Virus record (IMG/VR): IMGVR_UViG_3300047551_000990
Reading direction: 5' to 3' (one strand)
Length of the DNA stretch: 34,103 nt
Source of the DNA: a virus
Below are positions 8,962 through 17,402 of the stretch, piece after piece. A program made the position numbers and the translations under genes. How positions within the stretch are numbered: position 1 is the stretch's first letter; every line of letters begins with the position of its first letter. The notes under the pieces are model-generated. The model was not told the origin of the DNA. It saw only the letters and a program-made list of their open reading frames with translations, and ran no database searches.

Positions 8962-9079
8962 TGTTTGAGTTCTCCTTGTGAGTGTTTGTAAGGTTCCGAG
9001 GTGGTGGCGATGATAATTCACGGCGCTTGCGGGTGTGAGTCTCGCTCCGACTTCGTAATCTGCTCGAATGAGCAGAAAT

Positions 9080-10579
9080 CTATTTTGTGTTTTGGATTAT
9101 TGCTTTTGCCAAACGAAGTGAGATTTTACGGCTCTGTTCTTCAGTTGGCGCTGGTAGTGGGTCAATGGCACGAAGTTCTGATGACTTGTGACCAACCAAT
9201 GTTTCAGTAGCGACCCATCCATCACGAAGTTCGCGATACACGCGGATGAGGATTGCAGGGTCTCCTTCTTCGGCAGTGATAGAGAAGTCAGAATCAGGAA
9301 TCCCAAGGACTCCTTCACGCATAACGTGTTCGATGCGACCACGGGCAGTTCCGCCAGATGAATCCCATTCTACGAAATCTCCAACAACATCAACGGCGCG
9401 AACAGATTCAGTTTCAATCTCTTCTTCTTCATCTTCCATATCGTCATCATCTTCATCTTGCATATCTAATAATTCAGATAGATAGTCACGAAGGGCTTTG
9501 ATGGAATCCTCATCCAACTTGCGACCTTCCTTAATTGCGTCCAAAGCGTGAGCAATCTTCTGTCTGGCTTCAACTGTGGTAGTTGGATAGGCAGGATAGG
9601 TGACAACTGAGACATCGCCATCGGCGAGCGATACTTCAGTCAATGTGCGCTCGCTCTTATCTTTGTTCCAATTTTGACGGATGACGCGGAAAGCAAAACT
9701 CATCTGGTCAACATCGCCGCGCTCAACAAGGGTATAAATGTCACGGGCTTCTTGGGTATCTGCAAGTTCTGCATCAAAGCGAAGGCCACGGTCATCTTCA
9801 ATTAAATTCAATGTGCCATTCTTAGTGCGAGCCAAAGGCAAACCTTCGTGATTGATAAGAAGTCTGACATCAGGCATTTCAGTTAAAGTCTTACGAAACG
9901 CGCCTGGTGCGATTCTCTCTTTGAATGGTAGTGGCACGCTAGCGTCATTGAACACTGCTGCATACCCCGACAAACGCATCACGCCATCTTCTGTTTGACG
10001 TGCTTCGACATCTTGCACCACATATGTGCGGCGTTCTATCTTTTTCATTTTGCTCCTTGAATCGGCTTCAGCATCGAGTGCATCAATTTTGCGTTGCGCC
10101 CAATTTTGCGCTCTATCACTGAAGTTGGAATCGCCGCCCCATAAAAGCCAGGCAACTAATCCTGCTCCTGGATATTCAGCGTGCGAAGGGTCACTGTTTT
10201 TTGGTGCTTGCCCATCAACTTTATGGCGGGCAAACCAAGGTGCCATTTTGCGAACCTTGTTTTCTGTAATTCTTCCTGATGCCATCTCGCGTGCTTCACG
10301 CTTTGTGCCATCAGTTAAACCATCTCCCCCAAAGCCTTCTTCTAAATACTTCAAACCACGCGCAGCATTCTCGCGAATAAATGAAGGAGCAGATAAATCA
10401 ACTGCTCTTATTTCTCCACCTGGTTCCATATCTTCTGAAATCGAAATTGCAACCATCTGGTCAATTGCATCTTGCTTTGTGCTATGACAACCAATGGTTG
10501 TATATGAACCATCTGCTTCTTGTTTTACTGCTGCCCATCCATCACAATCACTTTGATTCTCTGAGATGTAATAAGGCAT
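9080..10579 (-). CDS. Capsid maturation (prohead) protease, HK97/S78 family, fused to extra N- and C-terminal domains.
   Basis: Central region: GYAAVFNDASVPLPFKERIAPGAFRKTL...LLINHEGLPLARTKNGTLNLIEDDRGLRFDAEL...DVDQMSFAFRV...VSVVTYPAYP. Around it sit about 175 aa of N-terminal domain, an acidic linker DEDDDDMEDEEEE and a C-terminal GDFVEWDSSGGTARGRIEHV domain. Confidence 0.8.
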   Translation of the reverse strand: MPYYISENQSDCDGWAAVKQEADGSYTTIGCHSTKQDAIDQMVAISISEDMEPGGEIRAVDLSAPSFIRENAARGLKYLEEGFGGDGLTDGTKREAREMASGRITENKVRKMAPWFARHKVDGQAPKNSDPSHAEYPGAGLVAWLLWGGDSNFSDRAQNWAQRKIDALDAEADSRSKMKKIERRTYVVQDVEARQTEDGVMRLSGYAAVFNDASVPLPFKERIAPGAFRKTLTEMPDVRLLINHEGLPLARTKNGTLNLIEDDRGLRFDAELADTQEARDIYTLVERGDVDQMSFAFRVIRQNWNKDKSERTLTEVSLADGDVSVVTYPAYPTTTVEARQKIAHALDAIKEGRKLDEDSIKALRDYLSELLDMQDEDDDDMEDEEEEIETESVRAVDVVGDFVEWDSSGGTARGRIEHVMREGVLGIPDSDFSITAEEGDPAILIRVYRELRDGWVATETLVGHKSSELRAIDPLPAPTEEQSRKISLRLAKAIIQNTK

Positions 10580-11967
10580 TACTCAACCTCATAAACTGCT
10601 TCAGGAGATGCAGGGTCAATTGTTGAAACTGCTTGCAATTGAGTTGATGGAACACCAGTGTGTTTGATTGATGGCATATCAAGTGCCTTTAGAACCGCTT
10701 GTGGGTCAAAGCCAACTTGAACAAGTTGAGCAATGATTTCAGAGCGGAGTTTCATACCAACTTCAGGAGCATCAGCAGCATCAATGTTCTGCAATGGCAC
10801 ACGGTGTTGGTCGCCTGCTTCGCCTAGTGGTGATAAATCTTCAACAGCGCGAACATCATTTAGTGAAAGGAAACCTTCACGAAGGCCCTTTGTGTAGGCA
10901 TCGTAGCGCTCAATTGTTGTGCCACGAAGTAGCGCATCAAGATTAAACTTGATGAAACCATCTGATTCTGGAAGTAATGGTGAGAGTGCTTGTTCAATGC
11001 GCTCCAAGAGTGGGCGAAGTGAATGTTGCACGAAAGATAAGTTCTGCGCTTCAACTGATGCAAATGACATCGCACCAGCAACAGGATGGCCCAGTAGCGA
11101 GACAGGCACGCGGAAAAGGCGGGCTATTTCCTCAACCCCGAAGCGTCTGACTTCAAGCAACTGGGCATCGGCGGCGTTTAGTGTGAGCGGCTTGAAAGAC
11201 GCTCCACCAGTTAACACGCCGATTTTGCCCGCTCTATATGGGCCAGTGTGCGTGATATTCCAATCGCGAGCAAGGTCTGAAACCTGCTCTTCTGTCATAT
11301 CACCTGGCGCTTCAATAACGCCACCAGGATTGGCAGCGTTGCCGAAATATGAAGCAGCATAAACTTCAGCAGCCATTGCAGAACCAAGAGTTACGCGGGC
11401 TGCACCGATTGGGCCAAGACCTAGAAGTTGTCCAGGAAGTCTAAAGAGCGGGATGTGAACAATTTGGTTTGCATCAAGATTAAATGAGAAGTTGCCTACA
11501 GCATCGCGAACACGATAACGAACAGGCTCCCCTGGTATTGGGCGTTCAACTAGAACATCGCGTGGATTCAAACAATACAGTTCAACAACATCGCCCAATT
11601 CATCCATAACTTTAAGGATAAAGGCGTTGCCTTCTAAATTAAGTGAAGCAATGATTTGCTCATAGAACTCAAGGCGTGTTGTCTCTGGGTTTGGATTATT
11701 TACCCAAGTTGGAACTTCGCCATAAACAGCAGCATATGAAATACGGTTGCGACCACGACGAACATAAGCGCCTAGCGGTAATGAAGAGATTGTATCGCCA
11801 AGCAAACGAACGCAGGCATATACGGTTGACATACGAATTGCAGTTTCAGAATTAACATCAACGCCTGCTGGCGATGCGTATGCTGGTCTGCCTGGAATCA
11901 GCGGTTCAACAAACTGATTCTGCGCACGCTTTTCACCTGCTGCGCGAAGTCTTTTAGATAGACTCAT
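10579..11967 (-). CDS. Portal protein (HK97 family).
   Basis: 462 aa. STVYACVRLLGDTISSLPLGAYV is a typical portal motif. It lies directly upstream of the protease with a 1-nt overlap. Confidence 0.85.
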   Translation of the reverse strand: MSLSKRLRAAGEKRAQNQFVEPLIPGRPAYASPAGVDVNSETAIRMSTVYACVRLLGDTISSLPLGAYVRRGRNRISYAAVYGEVPTWVNNPNPETTRLEFYEQIIASLNLEGNAFILKVMDELGDVVELYCLNPRDVLVERPIPGEPVRYRVRDAVGNFSFNLDANQIVHIPLFRLPGQLLGLGPIGAARVTLGSAMAAEVYAASYFGNAANPGGVIEAPGDMTEEQVSDLARDWNITHTGPYRAGKIGVLTGGASFKPLTLNAADAQLLEVRRFGVEEIARLFRVPVSLLGHPVAGAMSFASVEAQNLSFVQHSLRPLLERIEQALSPLLPESDGFIKFNLDALLRGTTIERYDAYTKGLREGFLSLNDVRAVEDLSPLGEAGDQHRVPLQNIDAADAPEVGMKLRSEIIAQLVQVGFDPQAVLKALDMPSIKHTGVPSTQLQAVSTIDPASPEAVYEVE

Positions 11968-13036
11968 TGCCTGCCTTTTCTGTTCTTAATTGATACCAAC
12001 CGCCATCCCAAAGGGTTAGCAGTTTGCGGAAGTAATCTTCGTACTCTTTGGCGATAACATCTAGCGCATATCGGCCAACAGAATGTTCTCTGATTTTCTT
12101 TCGGTCTAGTGTTTTAACGTTTTCGGCTGCATCTATAAACTCTTGCAGCGTTCTGCAACGGTAGCCTGTCAGACCGTTGATGTTGTTTTCTGTAAATGCG
12201 CCCCAGTCGGTTGTGATAGTAGGCGTGCCACAGGCTTGGGCTTCAATAACTACATTTCCAAATGGTTCGATGTAGAGCGTTGGAGCAAAGGTTGCGATGG
12301 CATTTCCCATCAACTCTGCTCTTTGCTCTGGACCTACTGAGCCTACAAACTCGCCATAGCCAGTGGCCTGCCCTGGACCTGCCAAGATAAGTCTCTTGCC
12401 AAGGCGCTGGCAGACTTCTTGCGCTATTTGATAGCCCTTGCGTTCAATCAGGCGGCCAATGAAGAGGTAGTAATCGCCTTTGCCTTCACCAAGTGGAAAC
12501 ATCTCTGGTTCTAAATAACCTGGAATCACAGTATCAAAGAATTGACCATCAACTGTTGTCGGGTTCTTGTGACCTGCATAGATTGAGTGCATCCAGGCAT
12601 ATGATTCAAAAACTCTAAACTTACTAAATACTCCGCCATAACCAACGCCAAATTCAACGCTAGTGTGATTCGGGTAGGCATCGGCAATTGGCTTATGTGC
12701 GTATCCACCGATGAGGCAGATGAAATCTTGCGGTTGCAAATGGCTCTGCATCAGCCTAATCACATTGGCATTGAAGATTTGCCAGTGCAGAGCGCTGGTG
12801 TCGAAACTTGCCTGCGTGTAGTGGCTGTTGCCAACTGCCTCGGCGCGGCGCTCTTCTGAGATGCAGGTGATGAGTTTGGTAACTGGCGCTTCTACCTGCT
12901 CGCCAGCGTATAAATAAACTTCGTGACCAAGACCTGTCATCATTATGCAAAAGCGCCTGACCTTTTCGGTGAAGGCGCATCCTGCGAATTCTTTAGTTAC
13001 TTGTGTATGTGGCAATGCCACAACGTGAAATCTCAT
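11954..13036 (-). CDS. GT-B fold glycosyltransferase (GT4-like).
   Basis: YYLFIGRLIERKGYQIA...LILAGPG...EPFGNVVIEAQACGTP (E-x7-E motif). Its 3' end overlaps the portal start by 14 nt. Confidence 0.75.
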   Translation of the reverse strand: MRFHVVALPHTQVTKEFAGCAFTEKVRRFCIMMTGLGHEVYLYAGEQVEAPVTKLITCISEERRAEAVGNSHYTQASFDTSALHWQIFNANVIRLMQSHLQPQDFICLIGGYAHKPIADAYPNHTSVEFGVGYGGVFSKFRVFESYAWMHSIYAGHKNPTTVDGQFFDTVIPGYLEPEMFPLGEGKGDYYLFIGRLIERKGYQIAQEVCQRLGKRLILAGPGQATGYGEFVGSVGPEQRAELMGNAIATFAPTLYIEPFGNVVIEAQACGTPTITTDWGAFTENNINGLTGYRCRTLQEFIDAAENVKTLDRKKIREHSVGRYALDVIAKEYEDYFRKLLTLWDGGWYQLRTEKAGNESI

Positions 13037-13055
13037 TACATCCCCCGATGTTAGA

Positions 13056-13280
13056 TTACTTATTTAGTGCTGCGATTTCTTCTGCGGTCAATCCGAGTGC
13101 TGCAAGTTTAGCCTCGGCACTAGCCTTAGCCTCTGCCTTAGCCTGTGCCTCTGCTTCCTCTGCTGCCTTGATTGCAGCAAAGGCAACTGCATCTGCCTCG
13201 CGCTGAGCGATTTCTTCAGCCGTTAGTTCTACCTCTGCGACTACTCCTGTTGAGCAGTCCACTACGAGTTTGTGTGTCAT
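13056..13280 (-). CDS. Small Ala/Glu/Lys-rich coiled-coil protein, possibly a fibre-associated or assembly factor.
   Basis: 74 aa: GVVAEVELTAEEIAQREADAVAF...AKAEAKASAEAKLAALGLTAEEIAALNK. Confidence 0.5.
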   Translation of the reverse strand: MTHKLVVDCSTGVVAEVELTAEEIAQREADAVAFAAIKAAEEAEAQAKAEAKASAEAKLAALGLTAEEIAALNK

Positions 13281-13292
13281 TGTTTTCCTTTC

Positions 13293-13799
13293 TTAGGAGT
13301 TTTTAATGCCGTATAAGGTGGCGGTTGAGTATTGGGATAATGTGCCTGAACTTGGCGTAATTGTAATAGAAGTAATTGCACTTGTAAGGGTTGCTAGACC
13401 TGCAATTAAATCTAAACTGTTACTTGATGATGCGTTGTGTTCAACTGCTACATCGGAAGAAATACTTTTATTATTACTACTTGTATAATTTGGAATATAC
13501 ATTTCACAATTACTAAAAGTATTACTTGTAGAAATACTGGTATTTCCATATAGCCAATTTGTCGTTGCAGTTGTGCTGCCTACAGTGCTGCCATCTGCAT
13601 AAAGTATGCGCCCAGAATAAGTAGGGCTACCATTAAAAGTAACATCTAAAGAACCATATTGATTACTTGTTCGGGAATCTCTTGTTGATACTTTTACAAC
13701 TAAATCAGTATAAGTAGCAGGTATAGAACTAAAAGTAATATTAGCCGCCCCACCGCTACCAACAGTCACAGTTGCTATTGCTTTATATGTTGTAGGCAT
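13293..13799 (-). CDS. Fibre-module paralogue C (beta-rich, ends LYGIKNS).
   Basis: 168 aa. MPTTYKAIATVTVGSGGAANITFSSIPATYTDLVV aligns with the two upstream genes. Confidence 0.6.
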   Translation of the reverse strand: MPTTYKAIATVTVGSGGAANITFSSIPATYTDLVVKVSTRDSRTSNQYGSLDVTFNGSPTYSGRILYADGSTVGSTTATTNWLYGNTSISTSNTFSNCEMYIPNYTSSNNKSISSDVAVEHNASSSNSLDLIAGLATLTSAITSITITPSSGTLSQYSTATLYGIKNS

Positions 13800-14284
13800 T
13801 ATGCCGCCTTAATTCCGTAGAGGGTGAAGGTTGAGCCTGAAGTAAAAGTGTTAGGGCTTTTTACATCTACCTGAGTAATTGCGGCTGTGCTACGCCATAA
13901 ACCAACTGTTGCAGTTGCTGATATAGCAGCAGCAGATGAACGACCAATAGCAGTTTTATATGTAGTGCTGTTAGAATAATTCATAATGTGAATTATATTT
14001 GGGTAAAAGTCTGCGGTGCTTTGATTGTAAAATCTCATCTCGCTTACGCTAGAAAACCTGCCTGATGCGGCGGCTGACCCATCGCCTTGTAGATAAGTTG
14101 CTGAGTAGTTTGTTCCAGTATCGCCATTAAATTGTAGGAAAAGTCTGTCAGTATTACTAGAAGTTAATTTGACTGTTGCTACTAAAACAAGGTCAGTATA
14201 GGAACCGCTAATTGAAGTAAAGGAAACTGTCGCTTGTGCGCTGCCTAGCGTTGTCGTTGCTATCGGCTCATAAGTAATTGCCAT
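13799..14284 (-). CDS. Fibre-module paralogue B (ends LYGIKAA).
   Basis: 161 aa. MAITYEPIATTTLGSAQATVSFTSISGSYTDLVL, NGDTGTNYS, and LWRSTAAITQV shared with paralogue A. Confidence 0.6.
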   Translation of the reverse strand: MAITYEPIATTTLGSAQATVSFTSISGSYTDLVLVATVKLTSSNTDRLFLQFNGDTGTNYSATYLQGDGSAAASGRFSSVSEMRFYNQSTADFYPNIIHIMNYSNSTTYKTAIGRSSAAAISATATVGLWRSTAAITQVDVKSPNTFTSGSTFTLYGIKAA

Positions 14285-14287
14285 TGG

Positions 14288-14896
14288 CTATGCCCCCTTT
14301 ATGCCGTATAGGGCGAAGTGTGAGTATTGTGCAAAGTCATTTGCGGATGGGTCAAATGAAACTGAAGTTATGGCAGATGTGCTACGCCATAAACCTGAAG
14401 CCAAAACAATAGTTCCAGAATATGGACTACCTCCGCCGTTCAAGTCATTACCACTAAGAACTCTAAAAGTCTTAAATTTATTAGTATTGGCATAATCTAA
14501 AATGTCTATAACTACACCGCCAAAAGCGCTTGTAACTGAAGATGTAGAAGCAGTAGCAAACCAACCTAAGTTCATACTTGTCGCGCTAGTTCCAGCATCA
14601 GTATTGGCGCTTGTTCCATTTCCATAAAGCCAATGCCAAGCATAATTAGAACCAGTATCACTATTAACTCTTGTATAAAGTTGGTCAATAGAAAAATCTG
14701 TTCTAGTTCCGCGAGCAATACCTCTAATTTGTAAATGTGTATAGGTAGCAGGAATAGAAGTAAACTCTACAGTAGCAGCACCGCCACTACCAACAGATAC
14801 AGTAGCGATGGATTCAAAGTCAGTAGGAATATACGGGTCATTACCTACCAACAGATTACCTCTGCGTAGTTTATTCTTTATGCTGACTACAGCCAT
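14288..14896 (-). CDS. Fibre-module paralogue A, carrying the extra N-terminal LLVGN module (ends LYGIKGA).
   Basis: 202 aa. MAVVSIKNKLRRGNLLVGNDPYIP, then FESIATVSVGSGGAATVEFTSIPATYTHLQI, NSDTGSNYA and LWRSTSAITSV. Confidence 0.6.
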   Translation of the reverse strand: MAVVSIKNKLRRGNLLVGNDPYIPTDFESIATVSVGSGGAATVEFTSIPATYTHLQIRGIARGTRTDFSIDQLYTRVNSDTGSNYAWHWLYGNGTSANTDAGTSATSMNLGWFATASTSSVTSAFGGVVIDILDYANTNKFKTFRVLSGNDLNGGGSPYSGTIVLASGLWRSTSAITSVSFDPSANDFAQYSHFALYGIKGA

Positions 14897-15258
14897 TAAA
14901 TTACTACCTCATCCCAAGACAGGGTTGCTTCATTCCAGGTGTACATCTTGTCATCAGTCGGATAGGCGACAGGAGGCTGCCATCTAGCATCAGCATCTAG
15001 TGTCCAAGAAGGATATGGCTGAGGGGCATAGAAGTAATCATTAGCAGCATCATAAGTATAACCAATGCCTGCATAGTTTTTACGGAAGTTGCCGTTGTAT
15101 GAAGTCTGCTTCCACTTGGTATCTTCACCAAAGAGTGACTTGCAGAATAAAATACCCTTGACTTCGCTTTCAACTCCGTCAAGTAGTAGTTCATCGTTGG
15201 CTACAACGATTACCTGTGTGACTATGTTGTTGTCATCTAGTTGTGCAAAGTGTGCCAT
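14896..15258 (-). CDS. Conserved phage hypothetical protein, often seen next to fibre genes.
   Basis: 120 aa. MAHFAQLDDNNIVTQVIVV...WKQTSYNGNFRKNYAGIGYTYD...PQPYPSW. I recognise the family pattern but know no function for it. Confidence 0.55.
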   Translation of the reverse strand: MAHFAQLDDNNIVTQVIVVANDELLLDGVESEVKGILFCKSLFGEDTKWKQTSYNGNFRKNYAGIGYTYDAANDYFYAPQPYPSWTLDADARWQPPVAYPTDDKMYTWNEATLSWDEVVI

Positions 15259-15267
15259 TGTATTCCC

Positions 15268-16173
15268 TTAATAAGTAATTGACCCTGAAGCATTAAACTG
15301 ATAAATATGATATGAACCTGAAGTAGTATATGTAGGCGAACCTGTTGTAGATGCTGCTGCTTGGAGTGCGCGAACAATAACTACGCCTGAACCGCCAGCA
15401 CCGCCATCTCGACTTCCGCCTCCTGTTTGACGACCAGCGGCACCACCACCGCCACCTGTATTAGCAGTACCAGCAGAACCATTTCCATTTGTTCCATTAA
15501 AAGCATTACCGCCACCACCAGAGCCACCAGTTCCACCAGTTGTTCCAGTGAAATTGTGACCACCGCCACCACCACCTGCGTAAGTAACTGACGAACCTGT
15601 AATAGAAACTGCTACTCCATTACCGCCATTACCGCCTGCTCCAGAATTACCTGCTCCACCTTGTGAACCTGCTGCACCAGCACCTCCGCCACCACCTGCT
15701 GCGCCATTTCCAGAATTACCAGCACCACCAGCATAACCTTGATTAGCGGTGCCTGCGCCACCAGCAGAAGATGATTCACCACCAGTACCACCACCAGAGC
15801 CACCAGTTCCACCAGCACCTTGTCCTGCTAATCCACCACCAGTTGAAGTGATAGTAGAAAATACAGAATTGTTTCCAGCAGAACTATTAGCATCACCAAT
15901 ACCACCAGCGCCTCCAGCGCCAATGGTTACAGTATAAGAAGTTCCAACAAGCAAACTTAATGAAGATTCAACGGAGCCTCCGCCACCCGTAGCGGTAACA
16001 GTTGAGCGCAAACCACCTGCGCCGCCACCACCTGCAGAGTTTGAAGCAGAACCACCGCCTCCGCCCCCGCCTGCAACAACAAGATAATCAACAGTTACGG
16101 GAGGAATATAGTAAGCATTACCAACAAGCAGGCTACGGCTAAAGGTTCCGTTCTTAAGACTTCTGATTGCCAT
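15268..16173 (-). CDS. Glycine-rich (PGRS-like composition) fibre-like protein 2.
   Basis: Preferred start is the ATG at 16173 (TAATG overlap with the upstream stop): MAIRSLKNGTFSRSLLVGNAYYIPPVTVDYLVVAGGGGGGG. It is colinear with the upstream paralogue. Confidence 0.6.
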   Translation of the reverse strand: MAIRSLKNGTFSRSLLVGNAYYIPPVTVDYLVVAGGGGGGGSASNSAGGGGAGGLRSTVTATGGGGSVESSLSLLVGTSYTVTIGAGGAGGIGDANSSAGNNSVFSTITSTGGGLAGQGAGGTGGSGGGTGGESSSAGGAGTANQGYAGGAGNSGNGAAGGGGGAGAAGSQGGAGNSGAGGNGGNGVAVSITGSSVTYAGGGGGGHNFTGTTGGTGGSGGGGNAFNGTNGNGSAGTANTGGGGGAAGRQTGGGSRDGGAGGSGVVIVRALQAAASTTGSPTYTTSGSYHIYQFNASGSITY

Positions 16174-17057
16174 TAGAAGGTTATGCTCCCGCTTCCGTTC
16201 CATTGATAAATTGTGTATCCACCTGATTCAGTTCTAGTCGGAGAACCAGTTGTTGAGGCTGCAGTAATAGAACCAGGAATTCTGATAATTACTATACCGC
16301 TTCCGCCAGCGCCACCATTGCCGCCATTTTGTTCAGAAGCACCGCCGCCTCCGCCTGTGTTTGCTGTCCCAGCGTTACCAGTATTACCACCAGCACCACC
16401 ACCACCAGTTCCGCCTGCGCCATTCGTTCCACTCGTTCCAGCACCACCACCTCCACCACCGCCTCTGGTTACTGATGAACCAGTAATAGATGAAGCAACG
16501 CCATTACCACCAGCCATACCGTTATTTGAATTTCCTGAGTTAGTTGCACCGACAGCACCAGCACCGCCACCTCCGCCGCCGCCACTAGATGAATTAACAT
16601 TAAAATTACCGCCATTTCCACCAGCGTAACCTTGATTAGCAGTTCCAGCGCCACCAGTTTGTCCACTTAATGCAGCCGAACCACCGCCACCTGAACCACC
16701 GCTTGCACCATTACCAAATAGACGACCGCCTAAACCACCGCCAGTTGAAGTGATAGTAGAAAATACAGAATTAGAACCATTTGCGGAAAATGTGCCACCT
16801 GCGCCAACTGTTACTGTATAGGAAACTCCATAAGATAAAGATAATCTTGACTCAGCAGATGCTCCCCCGCCAGATGTTTCACCTACAACAGAACAACGAT
16901 AACCTCCTGCACCTCCGCCACCGCCTCTATTGTCACCACCGCTTCCACCACCTGCAACAACTAAATATTCAACAGTAGATAATGGACTATAGGCAGCATT
17001 ACCAACAAGCAAACTAGACGGTGATGTGTTACCTGTCTTGTAACTTGTGATTGACAT
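16173..17057 (-). CDS. Glycine-rich (PGRS-like composition) fibre-like protein 1.
   Basis: 294 aa. MSITSYKTGNTSPSSLLVGNAAYSPLSTVEYLVVAGGGSGG...SYTVTVGAGG...NSVFSTITSTGGG...GTANQGYAGG...GSGIVIIRIPG...YTIYQWNGSGSITF. Confidence 0.6.
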   Translation of the reverse strand: MSITSYKTGNTSPSSLLVGNAAYSPLSTVEYLVVAGGGSGGDNRGGGGGAGGYRCSVVGETSGGGASAESRLSLSYGVSYTVTVGAGGTFSANGSNSVFSTITSTGGGLGGRLFGNGASGGSGGGGSAALSGQTGGAGTANQGYAGGNGGNFNVNSSSGGGGGGGAGAVGATNSGNSNNGMAGGNGVASSITGSSVTRGGGGGGGAGTSGTNGAGGTGGGGAGGNTGNAGTANTGGGGGASEQNGGNGGAGGSGIVIIRIPGSITAASTTGSPTRTESGGYTIYQWNGSGSITF

Positions 17058-17383
17058 TAGACCGAAGCCTCATCTCCAAACGCCTGGAATACTAGGTTTG
17101 CCGTTGAAGCGTATACTGAAATCACATCCGTTGCTGCAAGAGTTAAGCCAACGGTAATCAGTGTTGAGTCAGATGCACCTACTGTAATGTCATAGCCAAT
17201 GTAGTGAGCATTGGTAATTGACGCACCAGCAGGACGTACTGCAAGACGAAATGTTGCAGCAGTAGCAGTTAGGTTAGCAACAGAGATTGTTGATACTACT
17301 GCTTCCTTTGCTGAAGGTACTGTGTACAGGGTTGTTAGTGTTGTCGCAGATGGGTTTGATTGCCCAAGAACTTTTTTTGCCAT
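17057..17383 (-). CDS. Small beta-rich structural-module protein.
   Basis: 108 aa. TLTTLYTVPSAKEAVVSTISVANLTATAATFRLAVRP...DVISVYASTANLVFQAFGDE. Its stop overlaps the next start by 1 nt. Confidence 0.5.
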   Translation of the reverse strand: MAKKVLGQSNPSATTLTTLYTVPSAKEAVVSTISVANLTATAATFRLAVRPAGASITNAHYIGYDITVGASDSTLITVGLTLAATDVISVYASTANLVFQAFGDEASV

Positions 17384-17402
17384 TATTTATTTCTCCTTTG
17401 GG

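Noticed and set aside
8962-9021. A 20-codon N-terminal extension of the major capsid ORF (MNYHRHHLGT...). Similar extensions occur at 5580..5669, 7531..7599, 26428..26475 and 16174..16203.
   Set aside because: In each case an internal ATG has a strong RBS or a stop/start overlap with the upstream gene. The extensions overlap upstream genes or structured intergenic RNA.
15268-17057. Rossmann-type dinucleotide-binding motif (LVVAGGGGGGG / LVVAGGGSGG), which would suggest an oxidoreductase.
   Set aside because: The G-run continues as low-complexity glycine repeats through the whole protein, with no beta-alpha-beta context. The resemblance to GxGxxG is compositional.
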